Assembly: GCA_008632985.1 (NCBI GenBank)
Contig: QPGO01000196.1
Span: 1-64,000, forward strand
Length of the DNA: 64,000 nucleotides
Direction: 5' to 3'
Source of the DNA: Psammoneis japonica
Taxonomy: Eukaryota
Shown here: one piece after another, positions 22,501 to 34,518 of the stretch
How positions within the stretch are numbered: the first letter of the stretch is position 1
Layout: each line of letters starts with the position of its first letter
Program-made: the position numbers and the translations under genes
Notes under the pieces: model-generated
The model's database searches: none
The model's input: the letters and a program-made list of their open reading frames with translations, nothing else
What the model was told of the DNA's origin: nothing

Positions 22501-25500
22501 AATGTGAGTCCTGATGAACTCCAGACCTGCCATGAGCTCACTCATGTGCTCTTGGAACACATCTGGAGCTCCACAGATTCCCACAGGGAGTCTACAGCAC
22601 TCATGTTTGCCCCAAGGCATGACAATCGTGCACAAACGACGTGCATGCGGTGTTAATTCGATGTGACATTATCCCACATTTAAATCAAGGGATGTCGCAT
22701 GCATGAAATCTTCGAGTTTCTGTAGCACATCCTGAATGTTGGGCAGAGGAAACGGTGCACGTATTGACCTCTTATTCAGCTCACGAAAGTCGGATAAAAA
22801 CCAAACTCGACCATTTTTCTATGGTTGAATGAAGGTTGGAGCTGCCCATTCAGAACAATTTATTTTTCTTAAGACTTTTAATTTACATAGTCTTTCAACC
22901 TCCTTTCGAGCAGTCGCCTCCAAGGCTTGTGGCACGGGAAATGGTTTGGCATGATGCGGACTCGCGTCCGATTTCAACTTTAAATCCACCGTTTTCCCGG
23001 TCCATTTGCCCAGAGAACCATCGAAAAGGTTTTCAAATCTTTTTAAGAGGAAGTTTAATTGCTTCTGCTCTTCTGGGGTTAGATGAGTTGCTGCTGCTGT
23101 CACATTGTTGGGGTTGGCAGCGTGACAATCTGAGTCAAGGATCCGATTGACCCTGTCATTAAGACTGGTCACAGCATGAGATTCCTCAATATGATCGGCA
23201 ATCAACTTAAAAACATCGGCATCAAAGAGTGTGTCAACATTCTTCATAGGTGTAGTTGCATCCTCCCATTTGATCTCTTCATTCGAGAAGTCTAATGCTG
23301 TCCCAAGACTTGACATTAAGTCGCGTCCCATGATCACATCATAATGACTCGAAGAAGAAGGGGCATTGTCAACATGTGCTGTTGTTTCAATCATCTTGTG
23401 TTTGTCAAATTCGGGTAAATTGGATTTTGCACCGACTGTCAGTCGTAAAGTGCCCTCCTTTGGTTTCCCAGATTTTGGTGGCGGATGTTTTTGTTCTGAG
23501 TTTCCGTGTGAATTTGTGCAAAATTATGGTTGACGATGTTCAATGCGTAGAGGCTTATTTTTCGTTTTACCTGATGAGGCATTCATATAAGCGACAACTG
23601 CTGGACTAGCATGAATTGCTTTGGCCCTTTTTCCGGGCTTCCTAACATCCAGCAATGCGTAAGACTCCTCTTGCGGTGCAAGTCATTCGTCAGAATCGCT
23701 GCGCGTCATTTTTTCAAATTGATAGTTCTCCTCGTCAAGGGCATCAGAGTCGTAATTTTTGCTCTTGTGCTTTTTTTCCTTGTTTGAGGAACTCGCCTTG
23801 AGTACATTTTGAACTGCCTGGACTGCCATGGCATTCAACTCTTCTTTGCGAGTGGCATTTTCGTTATCGCGACGCCACGTGCGATTGCCATTTGTGTCCA
23901 CGGCGTTCTTTCACTAGTTTCTTAATTGACCAGCATTTGTCCGTGTTGTGAGTGGATTTTTCTCATAAAATGCACCACTTCTCGGACTGGGAATTTTCGG
24001 CACCATGTTGGTGACCATTTTTGGAACCACGTTTGGAACCATTCTTGGCTTTTGATCCAGTGTTGCCACTGGGATCAGCCTTGACATTGACACTGTCAAA
24101 CATGTCATCTGCAACATCTAGGCGCTCCAGAAACTCAACCAACTCGTTGTAGGTATGTTTCAAAATTTCGAAACCCTGGACGGTCGACTGACGCTGCCAC
24201 TTTCGAGGTGCAAAGTTAAAGAGGATGTCCTTGAGCTCATCCTCCTCGATCTTCTGATCCTCTCCAAAGGGAGGATAGAACTTGAGGTCTTCGTTGACTT
24301 CCTGGACCCAAGCGGCGATTTCGCGTACTTTCATGGAGTCCGGCTTCTTGAGATCGTGACGCAAATAACGTTTCTGAATCTGGAGTGCGTTCTTGGGAAA
24401 CACATGTCAAGTTAGGTGCTGCAGGCATTTCTCGAAGCTTCCTTCTTCAGATTCGTCTTCAACATTCGTCGATCCATTCTCGAAGGCATGTAGAGCATCT
24501 CCTTGCAACAGCATGCGCATGAGACGAAACTCATCTGCTTGCTTCTTGATGTTCTGGCCCACTGGAAGTTGATCGTAGCTCTTGAGAAATTCGATGTACT
24601 TGGGAATGCCCTGCTTCTTTTAGCACTCAACATTGACAGTGTAGGTACGACTATCCTTCTTCTCGGGATGAAAACACTGCTCCATCTTGAGGTGCTGACT
24701 CGGTTTGAGCGTCTTCGGCTCGGAATTCGATTCCAGGAACGATTTTCTCTTGCCTTAACGAAGTCTTGGCGTTAGTTGCATGAGGTGAAAGCTTCATCTT
24801 CGACTTGTTACCTTCTGTGTTGTGTGTGCACAATGCACTATGCTCGAAGAACGAGTATAAACGAAAGTAGAATCAAGTATGAAAAGTGAAAATTATGAGA
24901 ATTATTTCTATCCAATCATTTTGGATTTCTCCGAACGAGTTCTCAATGGCCTAAAGCGTTTGCACTGTTTCTACAGACAAGAGGCCTTACGGAGAATAAG
25001 ATCGTGACAACAGATTGTCCGGATACGATTGACATTGACACACAAGATGTCAACATCATCGTACGATCGTATTTGCCATTTTCGACATCCGATCAATTCT
25101 GTGTGATTGATCTGTCCTTCGTACGAACCCACGATTGATGTACGATTGAAGTATAAATTTATTTAATATCTTTATATATACATATATAATGTACATAACA
25201 ACGCATGTTGCAGCAGTGTTTTCATCCAGATAAGAAGGACAGTCGTACCTGCACCATCAACATCGAGCATTACAAGAAGCAAGGCATTCCGAAGTACCTC
25301 GAATTTTTGAAGCACTACAAACAACTCTTGGTGGGCCAGAACATCAAGAAACAAGCCGACAAGTTCCGTCTTGTGCACATGCTACTACAAGGAGACGCTC
25401 TACGTGCATTCGACAATGGCGCTACGAATCTTGAAGATGAAACGAGCGAAGGAGCCTTCAAAAAATGCCTGCAATACCTTGCCGGCATGTCTTTCCAAAG

Positions 25501-27928
25501 AATGCTCTCCAGATTCAAAAGCGCTATCTACGTCATGATCTCAGGAAACCAGAGACCATGACAATCCAAGAAATCACCGCTTGGGTTCAAGAAGTCAACG
25601 AAGACCTCGAGCATTGTCCTCCCTTTGCAGAAGATCAGAAGCTCGAGGACGACGAGCTCAAGGACGTTCTCTACAACCTTGTGCCGTGCAAATGGCAGTG
25701 CCAGTCGACTCTTCAGGGTTTCGAGATTTTAAAGCACACCTACGATGAGTCAGTGGAGTTCTTGGAGCGATTGGGAGGTCGCTGAGGACATCTTTGACTC
25801 CATCAATGTCAAGGCTGATGCCGGTGGCAAGCCTGGATCAAAAGCCAAAGACGGATCCAATCATGGTTCCAAAAATGGTCGCCAATCTGGTGCCAAACGA
25901 GATGATCCTGAAAATGGTGTAACCACTGCAAAAAGGACACTCACAACATGCACAAATGCTGGGTCATTAAAAAACTCGCCAAGGAACACGATGGAGATTA
26001 TGAATGCGATCCAAAACGGCATCGTTCGAATGGCAATCGCACGTGGTCATGTTGCGATAATGGAAATGCCACTCGCAGGGAGGAACTGAATGCCATGATC
26101 GATGAGGCGGTTCAAAAAATGTTCAAGTCGAGTTACCCGAACAATGATGCGAAGCACAAGGGTAAGGATTATGACTCAGACACCCTTAGTGAGGAAAACT
26201 GTCAATTTGAAAAATTGACGCACAGTGATTCTGAAAAATGACTCGCTCCACTAGAGGAGTTGTGTGTTGCTGGATGTTGGCAAGCCAAAGAAAAAGGCTA
26301 AAGTAATTCATGCTAGTCCAGCAGACATTGCCCATGTGAATGTATCCTTGGGCAAGGCAAAAAATAAGCCTCTATGCGTTCTCCTTGATGGCGGAACATT
26401 GTTGACCATAATTTTGTGCAAATTCACGCGGAAACTCAGAACCAAAGAATCTGCCACCAAAATTTGGGAAACCAAGGGAGGACTCTTCACGACTGATAGT
26501 CAGTGTAAAATCCAGTTCACCTTGCCTGAATTTGACAAACACAAGATGATAGAAACATCAGCACATGTTGACAATGCCCCTTCTTCTTCGAGTTGTTATG
26601 ATGTGATCATGGGATGCAACTTGACATTCAGTCTTGAGATTACATTGGACTTTTTGAATGAAGAAATCAAATGGGAAGAAGCAACTGCACCTGTGAAGAA
26701 CATTGACAGTACACACTCTTCGATGCTGATGTTTTCAAGTTGATTGGCAATCACATTGAGGAATCGCATGCTGTGATTGGTCTTAAAGACAGGGTCAATC
26801 AGATCCTTGACTCAAATTGTCATGCTGCTGACCTCAATGATGTAACTGCAGCAGCAACTCATCTTACTCCAGAGGAGCAGAAGCAGCTGAACTTTCTCCT
26901 AAAAAGATTTGAAAACCTTTTTGATGGTTCTCTGGGCAAATGGACCAGGAAACCAGTGGTTCTCAAGTTGAAATCGGACGTGAGTCCGTATCACGCGAAA
27001 CCATTTCCCGCACCACAAGCCTTGGAGGCGACTGCTCGAAAGGAAGTTGAAAGACTGTGCAAGCTAAAGGTCTTAAGAAAAATAAATTGTTCCAAATGGG
27101 CAGCTCCAACCTTTGTTCAACCAAAGAAAAATGGTCGAGTTTGGTTCCTGTCAGACTTTTGTGTGCTAAATAAGATGTTAACATGTGCTCCGTTTCCTCC
27201 ACCACTCCAATGTTCAAGACACGCTACAGAAGCTCGAGGGTTTCATGTGTGCCACTTTGCTTGATTTGAGTGTGGGATGCTGTCACATCGAATTAACTCC
27301 ACATGCACATTGCTTGTGCACGATCGTCATGCCTTGTGGCAAATGTGAGTGCTGCAGACTACCTGTGGGAATCTGTGGAGCTCCAGATATTTTTCAAGAG
27401 CACATGAGTGAACTCATGGCAGGTCTGGAGTTCGTCAGGACTCATGTTGACGACATGTTATGTCTTACAAAAGGAGACTTTCAAGACCACCTCAAAAAGC
27501 TTGAAAGGGTGTTCATGCATCTTGAACAAGCCGGATTGAAAGTCAACACCGAAAAGTCCTTCTTCGCTAAACCCAAAGTAGACTATCTAGGCTTCCATGT
27601 CACTCGTAATGGCATCAGTCCCACACCAAAAAAGTAGAAGCGATTCACGCGATCACAACTCCCAAAACCCATAAGGAATTGCGACGCTTTGTTGGCATGA
27701 TCAACTGCTATATCGAGACATGTGGCCTCGATGATCTCACGTTATAGCTCCTTTAGCCAAACTCACCTCATCCAAGGTAAAGTGGCAATGGACTGAAACG
27801 GAACAAAAAGCCTTCGAAAATATGAAGCGCATCATCTCCAAAGATGTGTTGCCATCACATCCGAATTTTAAAATACCCTTTGAGACACACACTGATGTGA
27901 GTAATTCTCAATTGGGGGGGCGGTTATT
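19562..27928 (+). mobile_element. Gypsy-C copy C2 (5' LTR, gag, PR, RT, start of RNase H), 3'-truncated and interrupted by C3
   Basis: LTR 19562-19951. Gag starts at ATG 19989 and resumes at 25217 (MEQ|CFHPDKK), ending 26241. Protease LLDGG, RT HVDDMLC. Homology stops at ~27928. Confidence 0.88.
20118..25212 (-). mobile_element. Gypsy-C copy C3, full length, frameshifted
   Basis: LTRs at 20118-20485 and 24834-25212; TSD GCAG at 20114-20117 and 25213-25216. Gag ~23683-24797; pol fragments include HIDD, HADASNSQLGAV, HLLHPG..CETC, YDRGSEF and YVGPY. Confidence 0.93.
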
Positions 27929-28411
27929 AGGCCAACCCTAACCGAGCGAAAAAAGAAAATGAAAAAGACGAAATAGCTTGAAAAGCTCAAACTTGGTTCG
28001 ATTCCCATCATTTGCCCATTTTTAGGTTTAGCGCAATTAACTTTTTCAAAATCTGTTTTTTGCCAAATCGAAGCGTAAGTGTACACTTTACATGTGTTTT
28101 TGGGTGTACACTTACCTTTCGATTTTCGAAATGATCAAAAATGAAGGACTTAATTGTGCTAAATGTGATTTTCGGCTGGTGTCCCATTCTACGTGAAAAA
28201 TGCTCGTGATCACTCACTTTTTCATTTTTTGGAGCTCGTGTGTTTGGTCTTCTTCAACTCAACTGACGTCCAAACATGCCTCATTTCTACAGACACAAAA
28301 CAGTTAATTTGATTGAGCGCGCCAAAAAAATGTGTCCTCTCGACTTGCCATCCATCTCATCCACCAGCCCTCTCGATCGATGCACACTTTCAATCAAATT
28401 TCCAGTGCATC

Positions 28412-31400
28412 ATGGGCAACAAGAGGAAGAAGCAAAATGGAGTTGGCCATCGACACAAGTCAGGGACTGGCAACAGCAAAAACAAAAAGCCTCATCGTGA
28501 ACTTGAAACACACTCCACGGTTTCTGCCCATGTCATTGCTGAAGCTGAAGGAGCTGCAGCCACTCCCTCCAACCCAAACAACCCGAACTCTGCTGCCTCC
28601 GTCACTCCCTCCGTTACTCCCACTGACCTGTCTGCTTTCAACCTGAACCCCTCCACAGAACACCTCACTCATTGTCCAGGGTTGTCCTTGCCAAGACTGC
28701 CAGGCCCCTCCCAAATGCACACTGCAGGAGCGGCCTCCACTCCCTCCAACCCTAACTCTGACAATGCCACCATCACTCCCTCCGTTGCTCCCACCAACCT
28801 GGCTGCTTTCAACCCGAACACCTCCACAGAACACCCCACTCATTGTCCAGGGTCGTCCTTGCCAAAACCACCAGGCCCTTCCCAAATGCACACTGCAGGA
28901 GTGGCCGAGACTCCCTCCAACCTCACCTCTGACAATGCCACCCTTGCTCCCTCTGTCGCTTTGGTCAACCGAACTGCTGTCAACCTCACCACCTCCAAAG
29001 GTTGCCCCACTTTTAATCCTCATGCATTCGAAGCAACCCACAAAGATCCCCAACAGGCACTTTATTGTGCAGCGGTCAAAGTGAGAGAAGGAGTGTTGTC
29101 TTGTGCCACCACTCAAGAACAACAAATCTGTGCCTTTATGTACGATTTGCATTTTCCCGAGTTAGCCCCATTTGTTCAGGCTTGTAATTTGACATTGCCG
29201 AAAACAAATTCTGCAGCCTTGCAAATGATCAAGCAGTTGGGAAAAATGTGGGCACGTGCCAACAACACCAGCAATGGTCAACACCTCGCCGATGACAAAA
29301 AATCGTTTGTCCGTGCTCTGGCAACTGGAATCTCCGGTTCACCAGAAAAATCTGCTGAAGAGGAAAAGTTGTCTTCCCATGACTACACCAAGGCACTTGG
29401 TCTGAATCGGAGCACTGTTTATCACTGAATGAAGAAGGGAAAGATTGCAAGAGAGGCCTTGATTTCAAACACTGACGATGTCATGTGGTCTTCAGTGCAA
29501 CCCCGTCGGCGTCCTCACAAAGTTTCCCCTGAGATCCGGAAGGCATTTGTGCACTGGTTGTCAAATCATCCCAACACAGTGCAGTCTCCCAACACACGAG
29601 ACATGATTCTCATTAAAGTTGAAGATGGAAACAAGAAAGGAGTGAACAAATGGTTGCTCAATGTGTCCACACGTGAGCTCCACAACAACATGTTGAAGCC
29701 TGTGTCTGTTGGTGGATTCAAACATGCACGTGATGCCAATGGCAAGACCCTCATTGGTGAAACAATGTTTCGATTTTTGATTCCCAAGCAGTGTCGAAAA
29801 ATGAATGCAAGTGAATGCAGCATGTGTCAATGCAGCGATTGCACCAATGCCAATTTTCTACAAGATGCATTGAACAGGTTTCAAAGGAAGCTTTTAAAAG
29901 AGATGGAGGTGGAGCAAAATCGGTTGAAGCTTGCAAGTGAGGATCCTGAGAACTCGGAGAACTATGACAGTGCCCTTGGCAAATTGGAGGAAACAATGCG
30001 TGTCTGTCAAGAGGAAGCGTTTGGCCCCAACAGCCATCACCTTCATCCTAAAGCCCGAGATGCAGTTGCAACCATCATTTGTGGCAATGTCAATGGTCAG
30101 GATCATCCTCATTGGAAATGCGTTTTGGGTGAATGCGAGCATTGCCCATCCCATCCAACTCCATTGTTGGAACAGAATGAAAGTCCCAGTGCGCCCCAAG
30201 TTTTGTGTCAATGTTGCTTGACTGTAAAAAGTTGTTCCAAGCATGGTGTGTACATGGAAGCATGTCCTGTTTGTGAGGCAGATCCAGATGGGAACAAGGA
30301 TGCAAAGGTGAAACGAAGGACCTTGTTGACAAGGTTCCGCAAACCAGTCATCGGTGCCTTTATAAAAGAGCACTGCATTCCAAGTTTAAAGAAGCTCCAC
30401 TGCCACCTTCCCCACGTGGTCATTCTTGGGAAAAATCATTGCATGTAAATGCATCACAAAGCATTTGAGTCAACACCCAACAGCCAGTTCACGTCTCATG
30501 ACTGCTCCGAGCGTCAGAAGGCAGAGTTCAACAACCAAGTTCAGGGTGACCATCATGGCAACAACCAAACATTGTCAATCGAAGGAAGAGTTTGCGATGC
30601 AATGGTTGACAACAAGCTTCAGAAAACACATCATGCGCATCTCTCTGACTCTTCCAAGCAAGATGCCACCACCACCAATGCTCACTTGGAAAAGTTTGTC
30701 ACCTGGTTAAAAAACCGTAACCTGTGTAAGGCATGGCTTGTGATTTGGGATCACACTGATGGTTGTGCCAAACAATGCCGATGTGCTTTGGCACTGCACT
30801 TGTTGTCTGTCTTTGCGCACAAATACAACATTGTGTTTGACCATGCCATTGGAGCACCTGGACATGGCAAAGGAGAGGTTGATGGCATTGGAGCCTACAT
30901 TAAATCACTCACACATCGAGAAATGCAGTCCACAACTGTTGCAGGAGTCAATGACAAGGATGGGAAAATTAGACCTGAAGCTTTGGTCATGGATGACAAC
31001 AGTGTTGTAGCTGCACACAGTTGTGCAAAGGAATGTTACAAAATGGTCACAAAGAACAAGAATGCTTTCGGCACAGTTGGTGACAGAAAACATGCCAAGA
31101 GGGAATCCCTTCGAAAGTTAACACAAAGGGTGTGTCATCTGGAGGAAGCTGACGAAGTTCTTGGCTCTTCAATCAAAGTCAAGTTGATTGGATTGGTGCA
31201 AGTGCACACGCACCATTGTGGCATTGGAGCGTTGCACCATTTCCGATTTGAACCTCTTTTCCCCATTGGTTGGGTTGCGATGCGAAGAATTCCTTGTGCT
31301 TGTGAAGCCTGCCTGGATCAGCTGAAACGGCCTTGGGTTAAAAATGTCGAGCCAACAGAGCAGCCACGATGTGCAGGTGGCAACCGAGCTTGCAAACTGT

Positions 31401-32074
31401 GGCCCATCTTTGAGGGACTGAACGATTGGCAAGTGTGTCAGGTGATTCAAACAGACAAGAGTGACGCCGACGAGGTGCAGTTGGTTCACAAATCTGTGTT
31501 GGACTTCCTGACTGAGGAAATGGCCAAGGAAATTGTTCCAAACAGCTGTGCCGCATTGTCTTGTGAATCTGAGGAGGGATTCTATCTGCTGCAATGGGAT
31601 GAACTCCCCCACAAAGCACAGGAGGACAAGGTGTGGAAAGAGTTTGACCCACCCATGACTGTTAAGGCCAGTGAATGGGTTTGCAAGGGAATGCATCTTA
31701 ACCCTGTTCCACGGGCCAGAGGATGGCACACTCCCGGTGATGCTGAGGAATGTAAGACAAGAGTGTTGCTCAAGCAATTGCAGTTGCCAACATTGAGCTT
31801 AATGAACCATCAGCCAATCTGGAACTGCCAAGCACGTGCAACAGGAATGAGGCTTCACTTCTTCATCCACGTCATTTGAGTGATGACGAGCATGAAGGAA
31901 TTCTGGATGCCATCCGACAGCGGGAGGCAATGGATTGTTTTGAGGACTGTTTGGACGAGGTGGAGGAACAAGACATCGAAACTGGTGAGTGGGGGGGAGA
32001 GAATGACGACAGACACTGTGGAGGATGATGAGAGCACGGCAGGGGACAGTGACAGTGACAATTCGGATGAATAA
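28412..32074 (+). pseudogene. DDD transposase, Sola2-like, ~1200 aa
   Basis: ORFs 28313-29428, 29429-30448 and 30449-31879 are in one frame, separated by single stops. Cys-rich middle region, then HDCSE...LSDSSKQD...TDGCAKQCR...APGHGKGEVDGIGAYIK, matching the D-x-SE / DG-x3-QY / GHGKG-x2-DG pattern I associate with Sola2. A frameshifted acidic tail ends at 32074. Confidence 0.7.
28550..29010 (+). repeat. ~171-bp (57-aa) coding tandem repeat, about 2.6 copies
   Basis: Repeated TPSNP...TPSV.PT.L.AFN...STEH.THCPG.SLP..PGPSQMHTAG in the transposase N-terminus. Confidence 0.85.
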
Positions 32075-32199
32075 AATGGCAATGGGAAAAGGAACAAACA
32101 CTGTGATTGTCATTTTACATTGTGCAACTAGATTAATCATCCAACACAAAAGCTTTACTTTTTGCATGCAACTTCTGCTGCACCGCCCAGGAAGTTCGA

Positions 32200-32573
32200 A
32201 CTGGTGCACCATGAACACTTGTTGCAGATGCTTTTTCGCCATGTATTTCACCTCATGTTCCTTGTTCCCAAGACACCAATTGAAACACTTAATGTCCTTT
32301 GCTGGCAATGCAAAAGGGTGGTTGGAATCAAAGATCCATCCACGGTGCAAGGCAATGCAGTGGTTGTTCACAAGACGGCACAAAGTTATGAAGTCATCAT
32401 TGCAGGTTGTCATGTCAAATTCACCACCTGCTGCAAGGGAAATCGTTCGATCCACACTGCCGTAAAACTTCATGTTTGAGTTCTTAGGCGGGAATTTTCC
32501 CTTCAAACCACCGTTCAACAGGTTCTTTGCAAACAACATTCACTTGTTGTTAGTGTCAGCATAGTTGGTAGAT
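32200..32573 (-). pseudogene. C-terminal part of the cargo gene (papain/C39-like His-Asp region)
   Basis: NNHCIALHRGWIFDSN. Reads in frame from the 44931 side across the AGAT TSD (..HIQTS|TNYADTNNK*MLFAK..). The 3' end is approximate. Confidence 0.6.
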
Positions 32574-33066
32574 TGCAGCATGCCTCACTACTGGACAACA
32601 CGGCGAGACCGTGCATAAGCCTCTTGTACGTGGCAACGTAGTGTTGTTAACACGTACCTGGGAAGCACGACCACAGGAGAGCGTGGCTCTAGGTCTTAGG
32701 CAATTCCAGAAGGATGCTAAGAGAGCATCCGTGTGAAGCACACTAGCCCGTCGTCTGGCCCACGATGGTAGCGTGATTCCACACGATGACATCACTCGTG
32801 CATGGCGCGTGATGGCTTGATTCGCACGATCCATAATGCGAACGCACGATCGATTTAATACGATCCAAATGCGAACGAATAGGGATTTGGCAAGATTCCC
32901 TATTCGCACGATCCCATTTTCTCTACTCTAAACTAGCTCATAATTTTCACAACGACAAAGTCGTAACACATCTTCTTTTTCAGCGCCTAGCACATACATA
33001 GGGCACAGCAATGTTACTCCCGCATATTGTGCGAGGTAACGAAATCTACAGAAACGAAACTACGAA

Positions 33067-33303
33067 ATGTTGGTAGGACCGACAAATCTTAAAACGACCA
33101 TGAAGAAGCGGATTAAGCCGCCGATTCCGTTCGCACGGCCGGAGAAGAAAGAGCTACAGCAGGGCGAGTACCAGACGTTCAAGCTACGTAACAACCCCAC
33201 TGATCCGGATAGTCCAACGCATGAGATGGGCATTCCGTACCTTTCTACGGCTACATGCGAGACACTCCTAATCTTTCTACGCAACGTGGATCGCGTGCAC
33301 GAA
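33067..33303 (+). pseudogene. gag: Gypsy-A A3 gag N-terminus
   Basis: First 79 codons of gag, cut by the copia LTR at 33304. Confidence 0.9.
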
Positions 33304-33579
33304 TGACAGGATTTGAACAGGATTTAGGTGCGCACGAAATGTCGCGCGCTGTTTAGTTTACCGTGCACAGTTTTGTGTGCTTTAGTTCCGCGCGTTCGCG
33401 CACGATGTAGTTTGCTTTTGAGCCACAAGGCTCACAAGAATAACAACAGTGGCCCGATTATACCGACTTACATGTCTTTCGGCTCCTGCAACGGTCTCTG
33501 AGCGGAGACTCATCTGCTATTTAGACAGCAGTAAGGAGTTGTTGTTTGAATTCTTGCCATTTGCCTTCAATTTCTGTCA

Positions 33580-33596
33580 GATTAACAGTCTTGCTC
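33580..33596 (+). promoter_or_regulatory. Putative copia PBS complementary to the tRNA-Asn(GUU) anticodon arm
   Basis: gattaacagtcttgc directly follows the LTR; its reverse complement is gcaaga-CTGTTAA-tc. The same sequence is at 52927-52943. Confidence 0.6.
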
Positions 33597-33641
33597 ATTG
33601 TCAACCCATTGAGCAACCGCCATCGTCGTCGTTGATTTACC

Positions 33642-33967
33642 NNNNNNNNNNNNNNNNNNNNNNNNNNNNNNNNNNNNNNNNNNNNNNNNNNNNNNNNNNN
33701 NNNNNNNNNNNNNNNNNNNNNNNNNNNNNNNNNNNNNNNNNNNNNNNNNNNNNNNNNNNNNNNNNNNNNNNNNNNNNNNNNNNNNNNNNNNNNNNNNNNN
33801 NNNNNNNNNNNNNNNNNNNNNNNNNNNNNNNNNNNNNNNNNNNNNNNNNNNNNNNNNNNNNNNNNNNNNNNNNNNNNNNNNNNNNNNNNNNNNNNNNNNN
33901 NNNNNNNNNNNNNNNNNNNNNNNNNNNNNNNNNNNNNNNNNNNNNNNNNNNNNNNNNNNNNNNNNNN
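33642..33967. other. Assembly gap (N run) in the copia 5' UTR
   Basis: Run of n. The corresponding sequence is present in copy 2 (~52990-53315). Confidence 0.99.
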
Positions 33968-34518
33968 CGGACTACGGTTTTGCTGCCACTCTACAAGCAC
34001 ACCGAGTCCATTGTACCTGATCTACCCCGGACTGCTGGTGCTCTACAGTTCTGCTAGGTCCACGAGGACGACTGTGAGAGCAAGTAGCCGTGATTACAGC
34101 CTACGTTGGGGCGAGGGTGCTTTCCCGCGTTTGTTCGTTCGTCCACAGCGCCTAACGCCTACGTCAACTGGCCAGCCTGATCGGGAAATCCAACCGATAT
34201 AAAATAAGAACGGTTCGGGGGTCTTGTCCACCTCTAGTCAGCTTACCTGCAGGGGTTTACAACCCGCTACTCCACTCGTAAGCAACCCAAAGCGCCACTG
34301 GCTGCGGGTTCGGACGTGCCGGCACAACTCTACGGACCGGATAGGAAGTTTAGCACTTAACAATGAACGGGATAGCAAAGCCCGGCGACTTCTGATTTTA
34401 AGATAGATCAAGATTTCAAGTCAAGTCTGTTTCAAGTCAAGTCTATTCTCACCCAAGCTTCAAGCCTGCCTTCGCTTCCCAACAAGAATTGCTTGTCCTG
34501 ACACCACTTTTGTCTACC

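Noticed and set aside
33449..34057. 202-aa and 159-aa ORFs spanning X residues
   Set aside because: Artefacts of the N gap.
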